DNA from: Octopus vulgaris
Lineage: Eukaryota
DNA: 64,000 bases
Direction of reading: 5' to 3'
NCBI GenBank assembly: GCA_951406725.2
Contig: OX597814.1
Location: 35,464,001-35,528,000, forward strand
Part shown: one piece after another, positions 24,816 to 38,449 of the stretch
Layout: each line of letters opens with the position of its first letter
Position numbering within the stretch: position 1 is the first letter of the stretch
Position numbers and translations under genes: made by a program
Notes under the pieces: model-generated
The model's input: the letters and a program-made list of their open reading frames with translations, nothing else
Database searches by the model: none
Told to the model about the DNA's origin: nothing

Positions 24816-24913
24816 CTACATAAATACATACATACATATATACATATCTATATCTAGCTATCTATAAATATATATATGTATGTATGTATGTATATCTATA
24901 TATATATATACAA

Positions 24914-24989
24914 AACAAGTAGAAAGACATATTTTCAATGCGTAAATACTGTCCAGTATTTATGCATTGAAAATGTCTTTCTACTTGTT
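24914..24989. repeat. Near-perfect short palindrome
   Basis: aacaagtagaaagacat(at)tttcaatgcgtaaatactg-tc-cagtatttatgcattgaaaatgtctttctacttgtt. Confidence 0.9.
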
Positions 24990-25169
24990 CTACAATACAT
25001 TTCAACGCTTCAAAAACATGTTTATTTACATATGACATAATCTATATATATATATTTATATATATATATAAACATATATGTGTATAAATGTGTATATATA
25101 TATATATATGCATATATATAGATAGATATGCATATCTATCTATCCCTCTCTATAGAAATAAATATATAA

Positions 25170-25432
<263 letters not shown>

Positions 25433-25744
25433 TTTATTTATCAGTGGTGTATGCTGGTCGTTATCACTGGGTATGTTGCCAAACTGACCATACTATGACT
25501 AACATTAGTATTAGTCGGATTAGGCATACAAACTCTGTATTTCTATTCAAAATGTGGGATCTAAAATGCAAATAATGTAAATTTAATTCAATTGGGATAC
25601 AGATATATGGCACTGAAGTAAACTGAAGCACTATTACTCTATAAATTGTAAGCATTCTAAAATAAGCCATAATTTTCTTATGCACACACTGGAAAATAAG
25701 AAACCATATAATTTTACTTACTTAAATTACTGATATATAAGTTC

Positions 25745-26240
25745 TCTTCTTCTTTGAGATGTAAAATGTTTGATAATCTCATTGTACAATGAGCCACTTT
25801 GCTTGAGCTGCATCAGTACACTTTTTTTCTTTTGAAAGTAAACCAAAGCTATTTGGTCTCTCCCGACTTTGTGATTCACGAAAGCAAGTATTTATTCCTT
25901 TTGGAGCAGAAAATGTGCCTTTTGCTGAAGTGGTGTTGCAAAGTATAGTTAGAATTAACTGAGGCAAATGAAATACTTCTTTGAAGCTAGATGTGAAGCG
26001 TCTTGCTTTCATCAGCTCAATTAGTTCATGCACATTTCTTTGTGAAAACTCATGGCTTGCATATAAAACTAGGAACTCAGTTTTCAAGCGAATGTAATCA
26101 AAGAGAGAAAAACCATAGAAATACTTCAATTTAATCAGTAAGTGATCAGGGAATTTAATTTTGTGAGCTTCAAATTTTTCATGCCGAAGTAGTTATAAAA
26201 ACTTAAGCTTTGGAATTGAAGAGTATCTGCATTATATCTA
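25745..26240 (-). pseudogene. hAT transposase C-terminal dimerization-domain relic
   Basis: FKEVFHLPQLILTILCNTTSAKGTFSAPKGINTCFR...LLSKEK is a decayed LTIP.T.AS.ERSFS.LK.IK..LR...L.LLSIE motif. Confidence 0.65.
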
Positions 26241-26337
26241 CTGAGGGGGATCAAATGTATTAAGAAAGGCAAAGGCAGGGTACCAGTTCAAAAAATAGTA
26301 AGAGAAAAATTAACTATTTGCTCTACATGGATACTCT

Positions 26338-26578
26338 CTCTCTTTTACTTGTTTCAGTCATTTGACTGCGGCCATGCTGGAGCACCACCTTTAATCGAGC
26401 AAATCAACCCCGGGACTTATTCTTTGTAAGCCCAGTACTTACTTATTCTATCTGTCTCTTTTGCCGAACCGCTAAGTGACGGGGACATAAACACACCAGC
26501 ATCGGTTGTCAAGGAATGCTAGGGGGACAAACACAGACACACAAACACACTCACACACACACACATATATACATATAT
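26338..26578 (-). mobile_element. SINE family A, 3' half
   Basis: High similarity to other copies up to the internal microsatellite. Confidence 0.85.
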
Positions 26579-27400
26579 GATCTGAAACTTTTTAGTAAGA
26601 ATGAAAACAATGATAGATTCTTTAATACAAACTAAGATTCTACGGCAATGCTATAGGCATGGAATTTGGCATAGATAAGTGTGCAGTATTAGTTATGAGA
26701 AGGAGACAGGTAGGCAACAGTGAAGGCATCCAATTACCAAATGGCCAGACATTAAAATCATTGAAAGGAGAGAATTTTAAGTATCTAGGAGTATTAGAAT
26801 CTGACAGAGTACTAACTATAGAAATCATCATCATCATCATCATCATCATCGTTTAGCGTCTGCTTTCCATGCTAGCATGGGTTGGATGGTTCAACTGGGG
26901 TCTGGGAAGCCAGAAGGCTGCACCAGGCCCAGTTTGATCTGGCAATGTTTCTACGGCTGGATGCCCTTCTTAACGCCAACCACTCCATGAGTGTAGTGGG
27001 TGCTTTTTACGTGCCTCCGGCACAGGTGCCAGACGAGTCTGGCAAACGTCCACGATCGGATGGTGCTTTTTATGTGCCACCGGCACGGGGGCTAGGCGAG
27101 GCTGGCAATGGCCACGAACGGATGGTGCTTTTTACGTGCCACCAGCACGGGGGCCAGGCGAGGTTGGCAACGGCCACGAACGGATGGTGCTTTTTATGTG
27201 CCACCGGCACGAGGCCAGTCACGGCGGCACTGGCAACGGCCACGAACGGATGGTGGTGCCAGACGAAGCACATCAGAAGGGTGAGGAAGTTAATGAAGTC
27301 AAAGCTAAATGGTTCGAATCTAGTGAAGGCTATAAATAATCGAGCAGTATCATTACTTAGATACAAAAACTGAATTAGCAAAGCTAGACAGGAGAACTAA
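26579..27400 (+). mobile_element. R4/Dong-like non-LTR RT fragment interrupted by an RTE 3' UTR
   Basis: DLKLF...IGMEFGIDKCAVL...GIQLPNG...FKYLGVLE, then after the insert RRVRKLMKSKLNGSNLVKAINNRAVSLLRY. Confidence 0.7.
26825..27255 (-). mobile_element. RTE 3' UTR with tandem repeats, nested in the R4-like fragment
   Basis: (CAT)n tail and four units of ggtgctttttacgtgccaccggcacgg...ggcaacggccacgaacggat. Confidence 0.85.
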
Positions 27401-28053
27401 AAGGAATTCAATATATATGGAGGACTCAAATTGACATTACTTGTACAGGCACATGATGTTCTACAATGTCAGATGATGAAATGATTGAAGAACACAATAC
27501 AACATCTAGTCTAGGAATCGATTAGTGATCTTACAATTGTGAGTGCAACACCGTAACCACAATATATAAACCTCTCATATTTGTCATTCTAGGCCATCTA
27601 AATATGAGAGTTTTTTTTTCTGCTGCACCCTATATATTTCAGTGTGTGTATGCATGTGCATAAAACCAATATTGCTTTTTGTTTTGAAATTAGTTGTCCG
27701 TCTACCGTTACTTGAATTTTCTAAATAAATAAAGGTCTCCTTTGTAAGTTCACAAAGTAATGTTGTTAGAGAAATGATTACAGAAATCTTTTAATAACCA
27801 TCATAGTGAATTTTCAGAAATGTCTTGGTTGCCCCGAATGACTGAAATCAATGAAGCAAATGTTTTTCTTTAGGGTTAGGGTTAGGGTTATCTTGACTCT
27901 TATTTATCTGGCATACCTACAAGTGTAAGACACCCTTCCACCATTTTGTCTCCTAATAACTTCCAGAAAAATGGATATTTTTTAATGAAATTTTCTACAA
28001 ATATGCTTAAGATGGCATAAATTATGATCAAGAAATTTGATGAAAGGGAGGAT

Positions 28054-28252
28054 GCAGCACGGAATTTTGTCAGTGAACAGGTCGTGGTCTCAAAGTGATG
28101 AAAACATTTTGACAAATTTAAATGTTGAAGTGAATCTAACGTTTTTTGTGTGTTTCTTAAATGGCCTATAAACACCTTCCACACTGCAATTGTTTTTGTT
28201 CCAGCACACTATCTCAGATCAGATCACTTGCTATGCAAGTACATCTCCGTAA
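28054..28252 (+). mobile_element. About 200-bp repeat family E carrying a variant hammerhead motif
   Basis: Reverse complement of 57744-57949. The motif at 28066-28116 has CpG-type decay in stem II. Confidence 0.7.
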
Positions 28253-28329
28253 ATATCAGAATTTGTTGTAAAAGAAATTTTTTGGTGGGTGAGAAGATGA
28301 GTAGATGATTCACATGAGTTGGATTTGTT

Positions 28330-28645
28330 TCCTCATAACTTTCAGAAAGATGAGTATTTTTAATCAAATTTTCAACAAATACTTTTCAGAGTGTGTAAAT
28401 TAAAATTATATTAGAATCTGATGTAAAAAGAAAAACAGTGAGCATGCACACATATATATACACTGACACACAATACACTTTTTTCTGGAATTTTAAGTTT
28501 CTTATGATTCGTGTCAGTATGTGTACGGACTCACCAAATTTTTTTGGTTTCATGTTAAATTCCAATATAATCATAATCTACACTCTTTGAAAAGTATCTA
28601 GAAAATTTCATTAAAAAATGCTGATTTCTCTGAAAGTTATGAGGA
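28330..28645. repeat. Degenerate fold-back (MITE-like)
   Basis: cctcataactttcagaaa...aaattttc...attatattagaat is inverted at attccaatataat...gaaaattt...ctgaaagttatgagg. Confidence 0.6.
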
Positions 28646-28791
28646 AAGAAAGCTATCATATGTGGATTTTCCTAAGTTCCTCTCCTTACCCTCAGAAAAT
28701 TTTTTGACCACATATTTCGATATAATTCCGAAGTCAATTAAATAAAACAAATTAATTGTGTGTTACATTTTGATATAAATATGAGAGAATA

Positions 28792-29060
28792 TCTATATAT
28801 ATAAAACTGAGAATGTGTATCCATCTGCCTGTATGTATGTATGTGTGTATCACTAAAACTTGAGAACTATCCAATGGATTTCATTCAAATTTTACACATG
28901 CCTTACTTAGGGTCCATACAGTATCATGGGCTAAAATAAATATTCAATTTCTTGCCTAATGTGAGCCTGGAGAAATCTCTTATCTCTTATACTGTTTCCA
29001 TATTATGTATCAAAAGTGAAACATCGCTATTAATACTTTCACTATTATATGGTTTCAATT
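28792..29060 (+). mobile_element. Non-autonomous Helitron-type 5' end
   Basis: a|tctatatatataaaactgagaatgtg, then a (TGTA)n tract, then gatttcattcaaattttacac. Confidence 0.5.
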
Positions 29061-29674
29061 TCAATTACTTTCATTAGGTATCTATATATATTAGTTTCAT
29101 TTCTATTACTTTCAATATGTATTTATATAATGTTTGTGTATGTATGTATGTATGTATGTGTGTGTGTGTGTATGTGTGTGTGTGTATATATATATGTATA
29201 TATTTATATTTTTGTATGTATATATATATATCTATATGTATGCATATATATGCATGTATATATAAGCCAAAAAGTCACAGATTGGTTATGAAAAAGACTT
29301 GATATTAAGACTTAATTAAAGAGGTCTTACTATGCAGGGCTAAAAAAAAAGAAACCAAGAAATAAGTGAATAAAAGAATTAATTGTGTGTTAAATTTTGA
29401 TATAAATATGGAAGAACATATACATGTAAAGAAACCTACTTAGATAACTTTAGCAATATAAAGCTGCTGCTATTTCACTGGGTCTGTCAAAAGGAAATGA
29501 ATTCTTTCTTGAAGAGCTGATCAGATTCAGAGTTCTAGGACAAACCTTAGTTTCTTTTTCTTAAGAAATTTTCAGTAAAGCTTACAAACTTTGCTTGCAA
29601 TATGTAGATCATGGTCGTAAATGGTACAAGTAATTTCTCTATTGTGAAGCATGCCTGCTGATTTGTGTGTGGAC

Positions 29675-32412
29675 TCACCCTGGTGAAGAATGTAGCCCTC
29701 AGTATAGGCTAGTCATAAGTGATTTTAGTCTCGAGACCAGAAGGATATCAAGAAGCAGACCAATCTGAAAAAGAAGGACTTGGAATCTTATGAACTCTTC
29801 ATATGGTCAGAGATTTAGGGACATCCTAAATGAGATATTTAATGAAAGGGAGGAGAAACTACAGACTTGTGACATAAAGGGCAACTGGGTATTCCTGTAG
29901 GATAGCTTGCTGAGTGCCACGGACCGAAGTCCCATCCGGACCAAGGATGATGTGATGGTGGAATGATGCTGCAGACTAGGTCACTAGAGCAAAGAAACAG
30001 GCCAAGAAAGCCTGGAAGATTGGGAATAGCAAGGAACTGCATCAGATAGCCAGAAGGTAACTAGTTGACAGGCATATCAAGCCAAGGGAGAAGCAAAAAA
30101 GAAGTTTGCCTATGTTCAGCGACGTGAAGGCCAGAGACCTGAAGTGCTTTGGATTGCAAGACAGTGGTGTGTGAAAGAAAATTGTGTTGTCATAGGAGAG
30201 AAATGTCTCCTCGTGGATGATGGGGCACTTGCATTTATTGATTCTGTGAAGAAAGAGGCTTGGAAGTGCCTTTATGAAAGACTGCTAAATGTGGAGAATG
30301 AACGGGAGGAGGAGAGTCTGCCAAATGTTGACCAATTGAGGGACCAGCTACCTGAATTTTTGGTAGATAAAGCAATTAAGGATATGAAGACACAGAAAGC
30401 CCCTGGCCCATCAGGAATCACCAGTGAGATGCTTAAAGTATCTGGAGGTGAGGGTTATTGTCTAGTCACCCATATTGTAAAATAGGTGGCTCATGAAAGA
30501 GTCATGCCCAATGAATGATGTAGCAGCACCATAGTCAACTGCTACAAAGGTAAAAGTGATGCTTTGGATAGAAATAGTTATGGTGGTATAAAATTGTTGC
30601 ATCATAGAATGAAACTTATGGACAGGGTCATAGCCCAACTAATTAGGGAGAGAGTTAGTCTAGATGAGATGTGGTTTGGTTTTGTACCAAGGAGAAGCAC
30701 CACTGGTGTTATATTTCTGGTAAGGCAACTGCAGGAGAAATACATAGTCAAAGATAAACCTCTGTACTTGGCTTTTGCTGACTTGGAGAAAGCCTTTGAC
30801 AGGGTCCCCTGATCCCTTATCTGGTGGTCAATGTGGAACCTAGGAATAGACGAGTGGTCAGTGAGAGCTGTACAAGCCATGTACAGGGACACTATCATTA
30901 AGGCACGTGTTGACAATAAGTACAGCGAAGAATTCAGGGTACAATTAGGGGTCTACCAATGGTCGGTGCTCAGCCCCCTCTTGTTTATCATAGTCCTCCA
31001 GGCAATAACAGAGGACTTTAAGACAGGCTGCTCCCAGTGGCAGCCTATCTTAAATTCCTCTTCAATGTTTATGACCTTGTTCTTATAGACTACCAGAGCA
31101 AGAGAAGTTTCAGGTATGGAAACAATGTCTAAAATCGAAGGGCCTTAGAGTTAATCTAGCAAAAACGAAAGTCTTAGTAAGTAGGAAAGCAGAAAAATCA
31201 CAAAAACCTTCAGGTAGATGACCTTGCTCAATCTGTAGAAAAGGCATTGGTAGAAGTTCCATATGATGCACCTGGTGCAAGCTATGGACACATAAGAGGT
31301 GCAGCAATATCAAACAAAGGTTAACAGGGAAAATAGTTTTTGTGTGTGGAAGATGCACAGGTACAATAAACACCGAAAATATACAGAAAATAGACCTCAT
31401 CAATTACCAGGTGGTTAAGCTAGAGTTAGTAGATAGCTTCTGTTATCTAGGTGACCAAGTTAGTAGTGTGGATGGATGCTCTGAGAGCATAGCTGTTGGA
31501 ATAAGATTAAGTTGGGTAAAGTTCAGCTAGCAACAAAGGGCCTCTCCCTCAGAGTGACAGGCAAATTATATGATGCCTGTGTGTGAACAGCTGTGCTACA
31601 TGGCAGTGAAACATAGGCTGTGACAGAAAGAAATAAAGCCAGTATGCTTCATGGATGTGGAATGTCAGCATGCATATTCGACAGAGTTAGCACCTTCAGA
31701 GAAAAGTTGGGCACAAGAGGTATCTGATGTGATGTGCAAGAAAGATGACTGCTCTGGTATGGTCATTTGATGTGTATGGACGAGGACGGCTGTATAAAGA
31801 AGTGCTGATCTCTGACTGTGGAGAGAACCTGTGGTAGAGGTAAACCCTGGAAGACACGGGATGAGGTGGTGAAGCATGATCTTTGAACTTTGGGCTTCAC
31901 AGAGGCAATGACTAGTAACTGAGTTCTTTGGTGATATGCTGTGCTTAAGAAGACCTGTCAAGCCAAGTGAAATCATAGTCGTGGCTGATGTTGGTGTCAT
32001 GTAACTGGCACCCATACCAGTGACACATAAAAAGCACCTTTCAAGCATTGGGCTTCACGTAGGCAAAGTGGCTGATGCCAGTGGCACATGAAAAGCTCCT
32101 TTCAAGTGTTGGGCCTCACAGAGGCAATGACCAAGATTTTGGCATTATATCATGTTTGAGAAGTTCCACCAAGCTAAGTAAAATCAGTCATAGTAGATAC
32201 TGGTGTCATGCAAATGGCACCCATGCCGGTGGCACATAAAAGAACCCATTACACTCTCGGAGTGGTTGGCATTAGGAAGGGCAACCAGTCATAGAAACCA
32301 TGCCAAATCAAACTGGAGACTGGTGCAGCCTTCTAGCTTGCCTACTCTGGTCAAACCGTTTAACCCCTGCCAGCATGGACAATGGATACTAAATGATTAT
32401 GATGACGATGAT
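29675..32412 (+). mobile_element. RTE-clade LINE, long decayed copy
   Basis: KAPGPSGITSEMLK, YGGIKLL, FGFVPRRSTT.VIFLVRQLQEK, LAFADLEKAFDRVP, Q.SVLSPLLF, a PHD-like finger, VDSFCYLG, the 3' UTR and a (GAT)n tail. Many stops. Confidence 0.9.
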
Positions 32413-32538
32413 ACACACTGAGGGCAGTACTTTCAACAGAGACGTTACAACCAGATCTGATACTTCATATGCTTCAATTCTGTGTATGTACACACATTTG
32501 CTAAATTGATGACATTTATCAATAGTTTATCAATAGTG

Positions 32539-32708
32539 TAGGTGCAGGAGTGGCTGTGTGGTAAGTAGCTTGTTTACCAACCACATGGTTCCACGTTCAA
32601 TCCCACTGTGTGGCACCTTGGACAAGTGTCTTCTACTATAGCCTCGGGTCGACCAAAGCCTTGTGAGTGGATTTGGTAGACAGAAACTTAAAGAAGCCCG
32701 TTGATATA

Positions 32709-32751
<43 letters not shown>

Positions 32752-32965
32752 CGTATATGTTTGTGTGTCTGTTTGTATTCCCAACATCACTTGACAACTG
32801 ATGCTGGTGTGTTTACATCCCTGTAACTTAGCGGTTCGGCAAAAGAGACAGATAGAATAAGTACTAAGTTTACAAAGAATAAGTCCTGGGGTCACTTTGC
32901 TCAACTAAAGGCGGTGCTCCAGCATGGCCACAGTCAAATGACTGAAACAAGTAAGAGTAAAAGAG
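32539..32965 (+). mobile_element. SINE family A, full length
   Basis: Head, microsatellite and tail as in the 16857 copy. Confidence 0.9.
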
Positions 32966-33002
32966 TGTGTGTAATATATATATGTATGTGTAAGTGTGTT
33001 TA

Positions 33003-33037
<35 letters not shown>

Positions 33038-33116
33038 TTATCTATACACACACACACACACATATATGCATATGTACTCACATTATATGTAGATATATAT
33101 ACACAAATACATATGG

Positions 33117-33162
<46 letters not shown>

Positions 33163-33461
33163 AACATACATATATGTATGTATATATGTACATATTAAAG
33201 ATTAGTTTGAGGTGATGGAGGTATCATTCATTAGATTAATTATATACATTTGTAGACAAGTAAAAACAATCTTTGAATTTTCCCAAGGATGTGAAATGAA
33301 ATGCTTCTTAACTTTTGTTTAGTGCTTGTGTATTAATCTTTGTGTCTTTGCTAAAGTGCACAAGGATGTTTTCTTTTATAATAGAAAGCAGGTTTACTTT
33401 AATTCTGTGAGATTTTTGCTAAGGAGGGCAAAAACTGAATGTTGTGAAACAGTCATGTGAT

Positions 33462-33715
33462 ATACATTATTTACATTATTTACATTTGACGGATATTTGT
33501 CCTCATCTTGCTTGTTGTTAACACGTTTCGGCTGATATACCCCCCCCCCCAGCCTTCTTCAGGTGGCTTGGGGAAATTTCGAACCTGGGTTCTCATTCCT
33601 AAGGTATTCTTTGATGTTATTATTATTGTTCAGGTCACTGTTTGGAATCAAACTCGGAATCTTGGGATTAGTATCCCATGCTCTTAACCACTATGCCATA
33701 TACCCATGGGCATGT
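33462..33715 (-). mobile_element. SINE family B copy
   Basis: Collinear with 1850-2110. The minus strand reads cacCTGAAGAaggctg..cagccGAAAcgtgtt at about 33518-33566. Confidence 0.8.
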
Positions 33716-34349
33716 GATATGGTTGAATTGTTATCTGTTTACTGTTTTCCCTCTGATGTCTGCATGTATCAGTCATGTGATCAGAGGATTGGTGTCACTT
33801 GCAGGTCAGTGAAGTCATGTGACATATAAAAGTTTTTCTCTGAGCTGAACCTAGTGATATAATTGCAGGTACTAATGTATATGCGTGTGAACTTCTATAT
33901 ACATCTACATACACACCCAAACATATTCATGCGCACATGCATCAACACATAGTCATGCATACTTATACACAGAGACAAAAGGTCATCAGTAGAGTATAAA
34001 ATAATAGTAAAAATGATGGTAAAAAAAGATGAGTTGGTGAAAATGAATTCCTATTTTCTTGAATTTTCATGTAGAAGAAATACTTAAAACCAGTATTTTC
34101 ATTTCATAGAGAATTTCAAAGACAAATTTTTCAACTTGGACATGTAATTCTTCATGTTTTAAGTGGGTTGTTTCAAATTGTTTTTTATAAAATGTCTTTT
34201 GATTTCTAAATGATATATTAGATCATCTCATAAGTATTCGTAGAAAGGAAAAATCTTGAATTTGGTGTTCTTGCAAATTTCTAAATGTTTGCTTAGATCA
34301 GCTGTTCTCAACTGGGAGGGACAGGGATATAAGATTTTATGTGCAATAA

Positions 34350-34747
34350 ACTGGTTTGTCCCGACTGGCTCCTGTGCCAGTGGCACATAAAAAGCACCAT
34401 CTGAACAAGGCCAATGCTAGCACTGCCTTGACTGGCTCCCATGCTGGTGGCACTTAAACAGCACACAGAGATGGTTTGCTGTGCCTGAAAAGACATGTCA
34501 AGCTAAGTAAGTATGTGGTTGTCCTTGCACACAGGCATGTCCACTGCATCTCTCTTCAACTGAACATTCCTAATCTTGCAGGCTTGTGGGTGCCACCCAT
34601 CTCAGTGCCATATAAAAGCACCCTGTACACTCTGTAAAGTGGTTGTTATAAGGAAGGGCATCTCTCCAACTGGGCGGCTCTCCAGTTGACCAGCTCCTGT
34701 CAAACCATCCAGCCCATGCCAGCATGGAAAATGGATATTAAATGATG

Positions 34748-34749
<2 letters not shown>
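34350..34749 (+). mobile_element. RTE 3' UTR, degraded
   Basis: gtgccagtggcacataaaaagcacc units, ending cccatgccagcatggaaaatggatattaaatgatga. Confidence 0.7.
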
Positions 34750-34792
<43 letters not shown>

Positions 34793-34793
34793 A

Positions 34794-34835
<42 letters not shown>

Positions 34836-34935
34836 TAAATATTATATAAATACATGCATATGTACTTAAGTATGTAGGTGGGTAAGTATGCATGTATATA
34901 CGTATGTATGCATACAAGTATGTATGTATATTTAA

Positions 34936-35165
34936 TTCTTTATTGCCCACAAGGTGTTAAACATAGAGGGAACAGACAAGAACAGACAAAGAGACTAAAT
35001 TGATTACATTGACCCCAGTGCGTAACTGGTACTTATTTAATCGACCCCTAAAGGATGAAAGGCAAAGTCGACCTCGGCAGAATTTGAACACAGAACATAG
35101 CGGCAGACGAATTTCTGTCAAGCATTTCACCTGGCATGCTAACGATTCTGCTAGCTCATCGCCTT
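34936..35165 (-). mobile_element. SINE family D
   Basis: Matches 17287-17518. Confidence 0.75.
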
Positions 35166-35534
35166 CATCAAGTATGTATGTATATTGGGATAGAGATGAA
35201 TGTGCTATGTGTATCATAATGAACACGGTCATTACCACCATCTACACCTATCTCTAGATATTTCATCAACCTCGCTGACACTACTATCACCTGAACAAAC
35301 ATAGAATAATCAGTATTCATAGTGGCTGTCCTAAAGTTTGGGTATGATTGAAAGAAGCAATTTTCCAGTGGTAGTTAGGTAGCTCGATATTTGTTTGGTG
35401 CCTTCAAAAAGTTGCTTATGTATATATGTGCTATACTAAGAAGTCATTTAAAGTATATTGCTAGTATGGGCTGTATATTTTAAGGCTGTCAAGAGCATAG
35501 ATAAAATTTCCCATTTATTACGAATTAGTTTAAT

Positions 35535-35839
35535 AATCGTTGCACCTAACTGGTTTTTATCATCATAGGTTTTGTGAAACAATAATGTTTTATAGTGAGG
35601 TTTGATAAAACATGCATTGCTCTCTTAGTGGTATGGCAACCTACCTACCACTACCACCACCACCACCTGTAACAACAACAACTCTAGGTCCAACAAGCCT
35701 AAATATAAAATATTTCCATTTATTATGAATTATTTTTATAATCATTGCTGGTAGCCGTTTTTTATTGCCATGGGCTTTTGGAAACCACAATGTTTTTCTG
35801 TGAGATCTGACAAAACATGCATCACTCTGTCACCAGTAC

Positions 35840-35841
<2 letters not shown>
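35535..35841. repeat. Copy 2 of the about 310-bp duplicated segment
   Basis: Aligns with 24503-24815. Confidence 0.85.
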
Positions 35842-35877
<36 letters not shown>

Positions 35878-36047
35878 ATGTGTGTGTGTCTATGTGTATG
35901 CATGCTTGTTTATGTACATACGTCACTATATATATATATATATATATGTATGTATAAACATATATGTATATAAAGGTATATGTTTATATGCATCTTTCTC
36001 TCTCCCTCTCCCTCCCTCTCTCTCCCTCTCCCACTCCCTCTCTCCCC

Positions 36048-36108
<61 letters not shown>

Positions 36109-36459
36109 TACACACATTTACATATGCAAGTGAATGTCTTTCTGTGAGGAGAAAATATTGTTTTGTTGCATTTTGCTTACTTGCCCACCCACATCATACA
36201 TAAAACATGCATGTATACACACATACTTACATGTGCGTGTGTATGTGTGTGTGTGTGTGTGTATATGTATGCGTGCACATTTACGAGTGTGGAGGCATGT
36301 TGAGATGTGAATTCAAGTAGTTGAAAACACAGCAACATTATTTCTACTAGTCTTGAAAGAAAGACGCTATACAAACTTACATATGAACTTATATGCGGGT
36401 GAAAATAAAAGCGTGTATGTATGCGTGTGTATCTATATATGTTTCTGTCTGTGTGTATT

Positions 36460-36671
<212 letters not shown>

Positions 36672-37322
36672 AAATACTCATACAAACACACATGTACAGA
36701 CACGATTATCTAATCTATACATACATGTATATATAGAGAGACAGAGAGATAGAGAAAGAGAAAGGAAGGAGTAAGAAATGATGGTGACAGTGAAAGAGTT
36801 AGGGATGAAATGCTTGTTATAGATGTAATGGAAAACAGTAAGACAAAAGACAAGATAAAAAGATGATGAGAATAACCCAAAAAACTAACAACCAAATACA
36901 CAGAAAAACTTTTCTTCACAACAGAGAAATGGTTTCCTCGAGGAAAATAAAATGTTGTTTCCAAAGTGAGTCATTGATTTATTTTTCTATCTTTTAATTT
37001 TTTCCAAAAGACTGACAAGCTAACCAGAATAAGAAATTCTATTTAGGTGCAGCGGTAGACAATTATAGAATATATATAGCTATATGCAAATTTACATATG
37101 TATATATATGAATATAATTATATGCATGTATTTATGTACGCATGTGTGTGTACATGTGTGTGTATGCATGTGTGTGTTTAAGTGTATGTATACATTCACA
37201 TATACATACATATGTAATATAAGCATATATTTATTATATGTATATATTATTTATATTTGCATATAATATACATATAATATATATATATGCATCTATTTGT
37301 GCATATATGTGTATGGTGTGTA

Positions 37323-37361
<39 letters not shown>

Positions 37362-37547
37362 GCACATACACGCACACACATATATTTATATACATAAAAA
37401 ACCATTTGCACCGAAATTATATAAATATATGTATATATATTATATTTATATTGATATATGTACATACACACACACACACACATATATACACACATATATG
37501 CAGACACCCCTCACCCATATGTCAGTATATCTCTCTATCAATCAATT

Positions 37548-37613
<66 letters not shown>

Positions 37614-38096
37614 TGTATGTGTATACATACACATATGTGATGAAAGCATGGTTGTGTGGTTGAGAAATTTGCTTCATAATCATATGGTTTCTGTTTCAGT
37701 CCCACTCCATGGCACTTTAATATGTCTTCTATTATAGCCATGGGCTGATTAAAGAATTATTAATGGATTTAGTGGTTGGAGACTAAAAGAAGCTAGCTGT
37801 GTATTATATATAGGCGTGTGTGTGTGTGTGTGTTCATGTGTGTGTGTGTGTGTGTTCATGTGTGTGTGTGTGTTTGTGCAGGCGTTTTTGTTTAGATTTC
37901 TGCTTCTTTGAAAATTACTGAACTACAAGCTGTGGAGTTGTCATTTTCCCTATAAACAATTCAACTTCTGGCTTTGTGCCTTCAGAGACCTGTTGAATAA
38001 AGGATGCGTTATTTGAAAAGCAAGAATGTATTAGTGACAGGAAAGGTATCCATCTGTAAAACAGTGTCTCAACAATAGATTCATCTAATCCATATT

Positions 38097-38410
38097 CATC
38101 ATCATCATCGCCATCATCATCATCATCACCGTTTAACGTCCGTTTTCCATGCTGGCATGAGTTAGACGGTTTGACTGAGATCTGGAAAGCCAGCAGCTAC
38201 ACCAGGCTCCAAACTAATCTGGCATCCCCTTCCTAATGCCAACCACTCCGAGAGTGTAATGGGTAATTATTTCATGCCACTGGCACAAGAGCTAGTCAGG
38301 CAGGCCTGGCATTGGTCATGTTCAGATAGTGCTTTTTACATGCCACTGGCATGAGGGCCAGTCAGGGAGTTCTGGTATCGACCATGTTCGGATGATGTTT
38401 TTTACGTGGC
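38097..38410 (-). mobile_element. RTE 3' UTR fragment
   Basis: (CAT)n-cgtttaacgtccgttttccatgctggcatg. Confidence 0.75.
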
Positions 38411-38449
38411 GTGCACACAGACAAAAATATATGATAATAATGATACATA

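Noticed and set aside
27870-27890. (TTAGGG)3 telomere-like motif
   Set aside because: Only three units embedded in repeat debris, not a telomere.
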